In this document: positions 52,501 through 62,905 of the stretch, in pieces
Position numbering within the stretch: the first letter of the stretch is position 1
Layout of the letters: each line of letters starts with the position of its first letter
Assembly: GCA_903813345.2 (NCBI GenBank)
Contig: CAIIXF020000001.1
Span: forward strand, 1,116,001-1,180,000
DNA from: Owenia fusiformis
Lineage: Eukaryota
Direction: 5' to 3'
DNA: 64,000 nucleotides
The notes under the pieces: generated by a model
Databases searched by the model: none
What the model was told of the DNA's origin: nothing
The model's input: the letters and a program-made list of their open reading frames with translations, nothing else
Made by a program: the position numbers and the translations under genes

Positions 52501-55500
52501 CGTACCCTCTGACTATCATATGTGATTCTAAGAATTTCAAATGAACTGTTTGTAGCCTGTACATGTGGATTGGAGATCGATGAAACAGCTTATAGGCTGA
52601 AAATGCAATGTAGTGACATTCTAACTATCATCTTCTGAATGGATTTGGAGCAAGAGAGATGAAAGAGTTTAATCTCTTGATGAAATTACGACTACTCTTC
52701 CAAAGGGTATTACATTTACACAGTCTAGTGTATAGTTCCAAGATATTGCAACTAAAGGCAAGCCCCCCAATTATTAATACACAGTCCAATTGACTTACTG
52801 GCCAATGTTTTCTTGAACCATGTCACTTGAATGCAAATTGTCAAGGACGATTGTTGATTAGAAATCACAAAGGCCAACATTTTAAAAAACATGCAGAACA
52901 TTTAATGATTCATCTCTGAATTATATCTACCCTTTCACAAACGAATTTCCTCTCAAAAAATATAAATCATGGAATAGTGAGAGAGTAGTATAATTGCTTC
53001 TTATGTCATCTTGATCCATCAAGGTACTACTTGACTGAAGGAATATACTGGTTTAACAGTTATATGTCCTATGGAGAGTCAAGGTAAAGTAAAGGGAAAG
53101 TTTGGCCCTCAAAGGAATAATTATGCTTGAATATGAATTATCACCTTTCAGTTTTTATTTCATTGCACAAAACTCTTACTGGGCTTTAGGGGGACATCTC
53201 ATATCAAGAGTGTAGCAGTCAATACTTTGTGTAATTTATCCTAAAATTATCTAAACTTGTGAGACCATCCACCCAGATGAGAAGGTTTGAAATATTTTGA
53301 AATAATAAAACATGGTAACAAAAAATTGCTTTTTAGTTGATGAAACAGTCTCATCACTAAGGTTAACTAAGGTTAATGTCATTGAACCCTTATTTAATTA
53401 TTGCATAACCTTTGTTCAATTCAATTCAATCTCTTTTATCTCCTCAATTTAAAGAATTCTGTTAACAGGCTAAAACCTCCAAATAACACCCAACACTTGC
53501 CAGATCACATGATGTTTAATTCCTCAAGGAGAGGGGAAAAGAACAAAGTAAATTGTTAGTGGTTGTTTTTAGAAGTCTGATGGTGTAAATGGTGAGAGAT
53601 TACACAAGAACACTGAAATTTATCTCACTACATCAGGATAAGGACTTGCCATATCTTAACCTGTTTCCTAATAGCACATAGACCAAGGCTGTCTATCATT
53701 GCCTAGATGTTTTAGGATATCAGTATTTTTAGCAAAAGAGACTGAGGGGAAACTGTTTTAACATTTTATACATTTGCCAACATGTAAACATCAGAAGATG
53801 CCACATGCTAAGTTATCTCTAAGGCTAATAGCCATAGTTTTGTAGTTTATAAGCCAATTTTTATTAAGATTAGATCTTATTGAGTAGCCACACTCTTCAA
53901 CATCTGAGGGTGGAGCAATGTTATTTGATTTGAATCTGATAAGGTCTTTTTACAACCGTTGATGTTTGAAATCCACAATTCCAAAAGCAATATTCACTGG
54001 GGGGTATCGTGATGCAACAACACCGTGTTGTTGCATCAAGATGGCCAGACTTCCGGTGATAGATTTTCGTACAATGTTTTGTTTTCCCAATTAAAACCAT
54101 TTCTAGGACGAGTTGCTCAATAATCATACACATGCAGTTAGCACATGATCTATATTTTAAAAAACTGTCATTGGTATACATGTAGCATCATCAAGAAGCG
54201 ATAAATTCGTGGTTTTAATTCCTCACTATTGATGCAACAACACCACTCTGTTTCTTATCGATGATGCAACAACACCAATGTGCTGATGCAAAAACGCCAA
54301 TATAATGTACGTATCATTGAACAACAAGAGAAACTGTTTTATGTTCTGTTTACAGGTGTAGGTCGGGACATGAATAAAACGCGTGAGTCAGTGGTCCATG
54401 AACGAAACGTATTTTGTTTGGTTTCTTTGTCTATATCAAAGTTAAAAGGATATACAAGGCAAACTAAATAAAGTATAGAATCCCCGGGAGGCAATCTCAT
54501 TGATATTGTATCTGAAAAGTAAAGATTATACATTTTCTAAATTAAATGCCCTTGATTTACCGTATGGAAATTGCGTACAAATAACTAATATAATTTTGGA
54601 AAGACAACAGATATCAGTCATTTTGTGTTGTTAGTACCTCAATTGAAATACTCAATTCTGATTGGTTGATGAGCGGGCAACAAAATGTATTGTTAGTACC
54701 TCAGTGTAAATACTCGCATCTGATTGGTCAATTAGCGGTCAACATTTTTGCCTGTACCTCACCTGTGCATCATGGGATATCATATCATTGACCGCTTATG
54801 TTACTGTACTACACTTGTGAATTATGGGAAATATGACGTCATAATGTTTACAGAAACAACATGGTAGACGAACATTTCGTAAACGTTGATGAAAATGATA
54901 TTTTGACTTTGCTAGACGACAAGTATAGCAAAAATACAAAAAGAAACGAAAAATTAACATTAATTTACAAGTGAGTATGCAGTTATGTGCCAAAAACAAA
55001 GAGTTTAGCTACCACTGTCATAAGATTTTCTTAAAAAATTATTGCTGGCGTGGTTCGGAGAAAAGATTGTGAAATGAAGCCATGATTGATGACTCTCGTC
55101 TATATGTGTATTATTAGTATCTTCTGACTAACAAAACAATTGTAGACCTCTCCATTCGGTCAACCGTCAAAACCATATACCTCGACTGTAAACCTTGAAA
55201 CTACTGTTGACCTCGACCTTCGGTCTCTGTCAACAGTAGTTTCTCGGTTTACAGTCTTGGTATACAATTTTGCCGGTTGACCTCTGGAGAGGTCAACAAT
55301 TGTATATTGTTGACCGCTACTAGGTACTGTTGACCGCTACTTCTGAAAAAAAGTTTCATGACGTCACAAAAAAACATGGAAGACGGACATTTTGTAAATG
55401 TTGATGAAAATGACTTTACTAGGCGACAAGTATAGCAAAAATACAAATAGAAACTTAAAATTAACATTAATTCACTAACGAGTACGCCGTGATGTGCCAA

Positions 55501-58500
55501 ATACAGAGTTAAGCTTCTTGCACTGTCTCCATATTTTCTAAAAAAAATATTGCTAACGTGGTTCGGAGAAAAGGTTGTGAAATGAAGCCATGCCGATTGA
55601 TGATCGTCGTCTATATGTGTATTATTAGTTTACTCGGACTAACAAAACAATTGTAGACCTCTCCATTCGATCAACCGTCAAAATCATATACCTCGACTGT
55701 AAACCTTGAAACTACTGTTGACCTCGACCTTCGGTCTCTGTCAACAGTATTTTTTCGGTTTACAGTCTCGGTATACAATTTTGCCGGTTGGCCTCTGGGG
55801 AGGTCAACAATTGTAAACTGTTGATCACTAGTAGGTACTGTTGACCCCTATTTTTGAAAAATTTTTTTTTTAATGTTGAAATTTTTTTAATTTTGAAAAA
55901 ATAAGTTGTGTAAAAAATTACAAGTATTCGACGGTTTGGGGATTTTTTGCTAAAATATGATACCTTTACTTATCAAATATGTTCACGTGATATTCGATTA
56001 TATATTCGTCCAATTATTATATTATTTGGACTAACAGAACAATTGTTAACCTCTCTTTTCGGTCAACTGGCAAAAGTGTCCTCGACATCTGGTCTTGATC
56101 AACAGTACTTTCAAGGTTCACAGTATCGGTATACAGTTTTGCCAGTTGACCTCAAGAGGGGTCTACAATTGTATATTGTATATCCTTTGTTATCCCACCC
56201 AAAGTATGATGTCATATATCAAGTTGAAGAGTTGTATACGCTGCTCAGGAGTTTACGCTATCCAGGAGTTGTACATCGTTCTCAAGAGTTGTATAGGATG
56301 AGTGTTGGTTTAATGATATTGCAGTTATACAATGCTATTATATAAAAGTTATTTACTGAGAGGGACTCAATATTGGTTTTATTTCGAGAGACAATGTGAT
56401 ATTTCCCGAGGGCCCGGGATATCTGGGATAACTGTACCCCTATCAATTTACCTTTTTGGGCCCTAAATTTTATCACTTTTGTTTACCTTTTTACTCAGTC
56501 GGAGAGAAGGAATCCAAAGAGAGCAATAATTCTACATGTGCGTCGTGCAAGATTTCCATTAAACGTGTAACTAAACGGCCTCTCTAATAAAGTCAATTAG
56601 ACGTTTTTACACGTTGGCTCTCCAAATTGTAGGAAATAAAGAATCATATCATATTATATCTTAGATGAAGCAATCATCCCATCAACATAAGCTCACGAAT
56701 GTCACAGTTAAACTGTTTTAGTTATAATTAATTAAAATAAAACAGTGGTAACGTACATCTACTAGTTTATCACTGTTCCACAGATGGATGACAGATAATA
56801 TCATGATAATATCCAATAGCTCATCATGTTTACCGAGAACGAAAGATGTTTGTCCACCATTTTGAATGATACTAACTGGAGTCAGGGTCATCAAGCTATG
56901 GAACAGTGGTTTATGAAAATAGATTGGGTTACTAAAGCATGTCATGTTAAAGGCGATTGAACTATGTTATAGAATAACGTCCAGTACATTATAATATGTA
57001 AAAGTATAAATGTTTGAAAATATTGAATGCCTTGAGAAGAACGCAAATATGGGTAGGCTAATTGGTAACGGTATTGCAATAGTAGCATTTAAAAATCTGT
57101 TCCTCTCGAGATTTATGGTCTTCTGAAATTATAATATTAATTGGTGTTGCTGCATCATTGCTCAAATCTAGAGGAGTGTTGTTGCATCTTCGGGTTGGTG
57201 TTGTTGCATCAATAGTGAGGAACTAAAACCGTGAACTTATTGCTTCTTGGTGATGGTACATGTATACTAATGACAGTTTCTTTAAATATAGATCGTGCGC
57301 TAACTGCACGTGTATGGTTATTGAGCAACTCGTCCTAGAAATGGGTTTAATTGGGGAAACAAAATATCGTACGAAAATCTATCACCGGAAGTCTGGCCAT
57401 CTTGATGCAACAACACGGTGTTGTTGCATCACGATACTCCCCAGTGAATATTGTTACTAATGTTTCTGTCTCTCTTGTCTTCATTATCCTATATTTTTCC
57501 TTCCCTTTCTAAGTTTGTGTGATATATGAGAGGGAATATACATGGGTTATGTACATGGGTACAGTATTGACATTCTCATCATTTGACCACAAAAGTGGTG
57601 ACATATTGTTGTAGCTGGTCTACGGTGGTTGGTGTGTGGCATTTGGTGTCTAACAAATGGCAGGTGGTGTTTTATTTGCGTCTATCTTAATGTGACCATT
57701 GTGAGCATCTGTACTCTTCCAGAGAAAGTAGAGGAGTATACAACCCACAATGCATTTTATTTACAATACAAAATAGACCTGTACTTGTTATGTTCATGCA
57801 AATACTGCAACACAACTGTTTCTGTAGGATTGTGTTTAAGTTCTAATGTCTACCAATAGGTGGCTGTTCTCTGCTTACTGTGCTATTTACGTCCTTTGCA
57901 ATGTATTATCAAAAAACAGAGTTACATTTTAACATGTCATTCTTGTACTTCTAGGAAGGGACCACTCCCCTGATCCTGGCCTCTGCTAACAATCACCTGG
58001 ACTGTGTGAAAGAACTACTTAAGCAAGGAGCTGACCCATCAGCCAGAAGACTGGTCAGTACTGTAATCAACAAATATTTAATATTGATGGTGCCTGTTAC
58101 AAACCTGTGAATTAAAAGCTTCAGTATTGAAACACGTGGATAGAAAGCTTCGGTCATAACGAAGAATTCTTGTTCCTTTGAAGCAAAGCTGTATAATAAT
58201 AGTCATTAGCTCTGTTCTGAGCTGAAATTTCAATAGAAAAATTATTTGTCACATTGCAGGCCCTTATAAATCTGTCTGAACAAGAATATTATATACATTC
58301 ACAGGGTTTCATTAGCAGCAGGTAAAAGGTAATTTTTATTGGTTGTTTTAACAAAATCGCCTGTTGTTTTCATGGACTTTTAACTTTTTCAATGTTAAAA
58401 TGATTTCCATTCATTTTGCCTGCTGTTTTCATTTATTTAGTCTGTTGTGAGAAATTTTAGTGAAACTCCTGCATTCATATGCTCAAGGTAATCAAGTTTG

Positions 58501-59620
58501 AATGAATAATTTTTCGAAGTAGCATGTACATGTAAATATATGTACATGCAATAAATATCTGACTGTTTTTATGACTGGTGTGTCTTTATATTTTAGACTG
58601 GAACATGCGCTTTGTTCTTTGCTGCCCAGGGAGGTTTCCTCGACCTTGTAAAGGAACTCTTGGACAAAGGAGCCCCTGTAGACCTCCCAAGTTATGTAAG
58701 TCTTAAAAGAAGAAGCCTCTGTTTACCTCCCAAGTTATGTTTTTTCTGATATTGATATTTTCTGTATTAATATAAAAATTGATGTATATTATTCAATAAT
58801 GGTATAGACTATATTACAGTTTAGGAGCCCCGACCAATGCCTATGACAGCTCGGGTCAGGCTTAACTTTTTTCTCAACCAATCAGCGAACTCAACTGAAC
58901 TGGAAGGAAAATGTGCTAAATGTGTGCACGATAATTATGCTATTACATCAGAGAAAATGACCATATATAGAGAGTCATCCTTATTCCGACGACAAACTCA
59001 GAGATTTATTGAAAACTGAAAGAGTGAAGACGAAGCACTCGAACGAATGCAAAGGGTATAAGTTGAGCTATATCTGAAAACCTCACTTCCTCTTTTGAGT
59101 CATAGGCAAAATCTGTCAATTTTCAATTTTATGTTTTTTACAGGATGGTGGAACACCTTTATTTGTTGCATGCCAGTGCAATCACATAGAAGTTGTAGAA
59201 GAGCTAATAAACCACGGGGCAGACATACATGTACAGATGGTAGATGGCGCCTCACCCATATTCATAGCAGCACAAAATGGGCACATGAAAATGCTCAAAT
59301 TTTTACTCTCAAATGGCGCCCAACCAAACATGACTAGAAAGGTGAAATTTTATGTTTTATGTTGGAAACTTTGTTAAAGCCAGTATTTTATTTTTCTTAT
59401 AATTAACTTTTATTGTTTAAATAGATGTCACTTTAGTACACCCATTACTTTGTGTCTCATTAAGTAAGGGGGAAAACATTTTTTACAGTTTTGTTTTTAT
59501 TATGTTTCTATTATATTTTAGGATGGTGCTAGTCCCTTGTGGATTTCGAGTCAGATGGGACATGTAGATATTGTAAAAGAACTTCTCAAAGCTGGTGCTG
59601 AAGTGGACATACCCAGAGAG
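46514..59620 (+). CDS. ANKRD29: Ankyrin repeat domain-containing protein 29-like; first 6 coding exons, 3' part beyond the window
   Basis: Exons 46514-46522, 47274-47384, 57955-58053, 58597-58695, 59144-59341, 59522-59620, all phase 0, mostly 99-nt repeat modules. MSLKETSPEQQLHLAALQGNL..ESGKVHVDCKDKEGTTPLILAS..TGTCALFFAAQGG..DGGTPLFVACQ..DGASPLWISSQMGH matches ANKRD29 as I recall it. Confidence 0.88.
48119..48312. repeat. Minisatellite, 22-bp unit, ~9 copies
   Basis: acagggagcatctcataggtgg repeated. Confidence 0.92.
50072..50295. repeat. Minisatellite, 42/48-bp unit, ~5 copies
   Basis: ttggaagtaaactgcagta(catgta)tatcctaagggcaattttactca repeated. Confidence 0.9.
53995..57446. mobile_element. 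~3.45-kb composite element with ~250-300-bp TIRs, in ANKRD29 intron 2
   Basis: CACTGGGG.GTATCGTGATGCAACAACACCGTGTTGTTGCATC... mirrored at 57190-57446; AATATT on both flanks; iterated GATGCAACAACAC motif. Confidence 0.8.
54615..56200. mobile_element. Nested hairpin-bearing element with a ~510-bp tandem duplication (Crypton-like architecture)
   Basis: ATTCTGATTGG motifs near 54655-54730; ~168-bp palindromes at 55136-55303 and 55647-55814 centred on GACCTTCGGTC; degenerate third copy ~56038-56172. Confidence 0.65.
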
Positions 59621-59651
59621 GTGAGTAGAGAAACTCAATCTCATTCAGATT

Positions 59652-59871
59652 GTTATGTCACCATCAAAAAGTGGTGACATATTGTTATGGTATCTCTGTT
59701 TTTTTGTGATGGCTGTTGGAGATCGGTGGGTGGTGATCAGTGGTTGGCGATCAGTGGGTTGCGTCTGTAACAAATTCTTAAAACTTCCAATAACTTAACA
59801 AATACTGTTTAGACTGACTTCAGTTTTTTTCAAAATTATCTACAAGTTTTCAGTAGTTCAAATCTGACTTT
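59652..59871 (+). mobile_element. HINE-like element, 5' part only, interrupted at a TA by another insertion
   Basis: Collinear with 8508-8712 up to caaatctgacttta, then switches abruptly to tatactcctcaaaaaaagttaaggac. Confidence 0.7.
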
Positions 59872-60938
59872 ATATACTCCTCAAAAAAAGTTAAGGACCA
59901 GTGGTTTTCCTCATAGGTTTACATGTTAACCCCCATATTTGTTTGAACGACTATTTTCTAAGCGGGGAACAAAAGAAATCCCAATAAAGTAAATAAATCT
60001 GTATCTCGATTCTATTCCCTATAAAGTCTGCAACGTTTCAATGTTATATCTCCATTACATTGGGTCAAAATTTGATGTCAAAATTGATGAATTTCATGCA
60101 ATTGAACAAAAATGGCAGATCCCATGTTAAACAGTATTGGAAAAATATGGATGAACTTCCTGGTTACGAGATTTTTGATTTCTCGATTTAAACCTTCTTA
60201 TAAGTCAATTTGCAGATTGTAATTTGGCACAAAGCTAGAAAATATAGTCTAGCTTGAATGAATTTCTTCCATTTTGAATTTGTTTTGTAAATGAAGTCCG
60301 TTAAATTACCAATGTATGTTACTTTGACAACTTACGTCAGTGTAACAAAAGCAATGGTCTAAATGCATGAATTAAAGCTTTATTTAAAAATCAAATTTCA
60401 AACCAAGAGCATTTCTTAAAGCTAGACTATATTGTCTAACTTTGTGCCATTAATGATAATCTGCAACTTGACTTAAAAGTATGCTTAAATCGAGAAAACA
60501 AAAAACTTGTATCCAGGAAGTTCATCCATTTTGTTATATTGACATTTTAAGTTGTGGAACAATGTATTAGCAGATGGACTCTCACCTGCTTTTGTATCTT
60601 AGGCTATGTTGAGCTATTTTTGATTGTTGATGAGATCTTTAATGCAAAATTTGAAATAGTTACCAAAAAGTGGCATTTTCAAATTCATTAAATGTTTTTG
60701 CTACTCTGAATTTTCCCTATTTAAGTTTTCTTCCAGTGTCATGAATATCATGGAAATAAGTTTAAAAAAATTGTTACATTTGTTGTAAAATATACAATAA
60801 TAGAAACTTGGTATTGATTAGTTCATTTCTACAGTCTCTTATACTGAGAAATAATCATTATACATTGGAATTGCTTGTATATTCATAGGATGGATTGATA
60901 TTATGATTGATTTGAAGCTTGCAGGTTTCAATGCAATA

Positions 60939-61970
60939 TCAAAGTTTCATAAAGTCTTCAAATTTCATGAATTTGTATCCAATTCCATTTAGTCTTGACC
61001 CTGGACTACCATTGAAATATTCTACATTGAACTCTGGGTGTTTCTTGGTGTCCTCTAGAATCTGCTTGAATGCAGTTACATGACAAGCTTCATTGTTTGG
61101 AACATTATACACATCACCTTTCACTTGGTAATTTGAAAAGAAATAATTTGAATTTTTTTTAGGGGTTTCTTTCATGATAAGTGTCCCTCCTTTATTACTT
61201 GTTGAACCATTGATGTGCTCAACATAATTCAAGTCTATTCCAAGAAGAAGAATCTTCTCATATCCCAAGTATTGTCCAACCCTAGCAGCCATAGCTCCTG
61301 TTGAGAATTCACGAGCCACTTTTACCATATTTTGGTCATCAGCTGCTTTGATGTTTTCATAAAATTTTACTTTTGGATGAGATTTCAGTTGAGGTACTTT
61401 CTTAGCAATATTTGATCGAGTAAAAAAGAGTTTCGTGCCATGATTTTCAGAGTTTTCAATCATATCCATTAGCTCCGGGATGTGTTCAATGTTAACAACA
61501 GTATCAAACGATGCATAATATGTCGGCCACCAATCAATCTGTTTCCAATATCTAAAGGCTAAGTTCATTCCAAAGGTATCCACTCCTTTAGTCTTGAAGA
61601 AGTCAAATCCCTTCAGTGACGGGCCATTTCCAAATACAATAAGTTTCTTTTGTGGGCGACACTTTTCCATGTATCCAAAACACCACAGGGAGCACTGGTG
61701 ATATTGCGGTCTATCCTTGGTGCCTTCTATACATGACTGAGTATCATTGTTTCTGCACCAGCCACATTCGTTAGCACTCTGACACTGTTTTTGGTTTACT
61801 ATAGATTCACATATACTAGTTCTAGTGAAGCATCTTGAATTGTCGGATTTAGCACTGTGAACTGTACTTGGTAGCTCTCTTCCATAAAGTACATAGAAAC
61901 CTTGTATTAGTGCTAACATTCCTATCACCAATACTATGAAATATCGGATTGCTTGCGACTTATAACTCAT
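60939..61970 (-). CDS. Intronless type II membrane protein: TM + Cys-rich PSI-like stem + bacterial-type CstII(GT42)/Maf(DUF115)-like putative nonulosonic-acid transferase domain, 343 aa
   Basis: Unbroken 1032-nt ORF; TM aa ~10-29; 9 Cys in aa 47-104 including CGWC; motifs KKLIVFGNGPSLKGFDF, TFGMN, WWPTYYASFD, FSTGAMAARVGQYLGYEKILLLGIDL, NYFFSNY, NGSPGSRL. Confidence 0.85.
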   Translation of the reverse strand: MSYKSQAIRYFIVLVIGMLALIQGFYVLYGRELPSTVHSAKSDNSRCFTRTSICESIVNQKQCQSANECGWCRNNDTQSCIEGTKDRPQYHQCSLWCFGYMEKCRPQKKLIVFGNGPSLKGFDFFKTKGVDTFGMNLAFRYWKQIDWWPTYYASFDTVVNIEHIPELMDMIENSENHGTKLFFTRSNIAKKVPQLKSHPKVKFYENIKAADDQNMVKVAREFSTGAMAARVGQYLGYEKILLLGIDLNYVEHINGSTSNKGGTLIMKETPKKNSNYFFSNYQVKGDVYNVPNNEACHVTAFKQILEDTKKHPEFNVEYFNGSPGSRLNGIGYKFMKFEDFMKL

Positions 61971-62114
61971 TATTTCTTTCTTTCTATTTTGGTTGTGGTG
62001 TAATTCCTTTCACAAAACTGTTATGGAGTTGATTATATTATCTTCTGACTGTTTTCTCATGACATGATGCTCTAAAGTTAATGCTTATAGGCTACTGCAA
62101 ATAGGCTGGTACTT

Positions 62115-62263
62115 GTTGATGTTTTTAGGCTGCTTCTAATGAGATGATGTTCATAAGTTGATGTGTTTAGGCTGCTTCTAATGAGATGATGTTCATAAGT
62201 TGATGCTTTTAGGCTGCTTCTAATGAGATGATGTTCATAAGTTGATGTGTTTAGGCTGCTTCT
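62115..62263. repeat. Minisatellite, 42-bp unit, ~3.5 copies, just upstream of the nested transferase ORF
   Basis: gttgatgtgtttaggctgcttctaatgagatgatgttcataa repeated. Confidence 0.88.
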
Positions 62264-62436
62264 TTATGTTGCTGTTTATCTAAAAGTAAATCAGGTGCAG
62301 GTTCAAGTTGATGCAATCATGCTTATACTTTACCATAAAAAACATAATTTTGCACTTTCACAAAAAGTCATTTCACCATAATTTTCACAAAATATTTTGA
62401 TTTTGAAGAATGCGATGTATAAAAATATGTAGATAG

Positions 62437-62905
62437 TAGTGTTGTCGCGATGTGCCATAATCGTACATCGATGCATCGGCAATTTTCAGTAGTAAACATC
62501 GATGCACATCGCGATGTACATCGAGAAAAAGTCCGAGAAAAGTGCACTGAAATACCGAACGTCAGTGCACTAAAATACCGAACAGAACAAATTAATAAGA
62601 GTACGCTAGTACATCCGGGAACTTCTAGGAACGGAGAAATGAAAGTAAAGTAATTTTTTAGAATTTAATGGTTCATTTCGACTAGCTAAAACAGTTTTAA
62701 AGCGAAAGAATATCAGAAACATTGGAAAATGAAATAAGACATGAGAAAGGTAAGCGATTTGCGTCAAAATAAGATAAGAAAGGGTGATTTTTAGCAAATT
62801 TTTTTTTAAAAAAAACATCGATGTTTTGTGTCAGACATCGATGCATCGCCAGAATCAGCTTTGGCGATGTATATCGCGATGTATCGATTAATCGCGACAA
62901 CACTA
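62437..62905. mobile_element. hAT MITE, copy 2 (inverted relative to 43537-43977)
   Basis: TIRs TAGTGTTGTCGCGA / TCGCGACAACACTA; perfect 8-bp TSD GTAGATAG. Confidence 0.88.

Noticed and set aside
53921-57460. Duplicate ORFs MYTNDSF..CCCITI on opposite strands
   Set aside because: They are the two TIR arms of one element; no protein-like features
60939-61970. Bacterial contaminant explanation for the transferase ORF
   Set aside because: It is surrounded by repeats shared with the rest of the window (hAT MITE, 9.3-kb family), has host-like AT content and a eukaryotic TM/Cys stem, and has no operon neighbours; read-level confirmation is still needed
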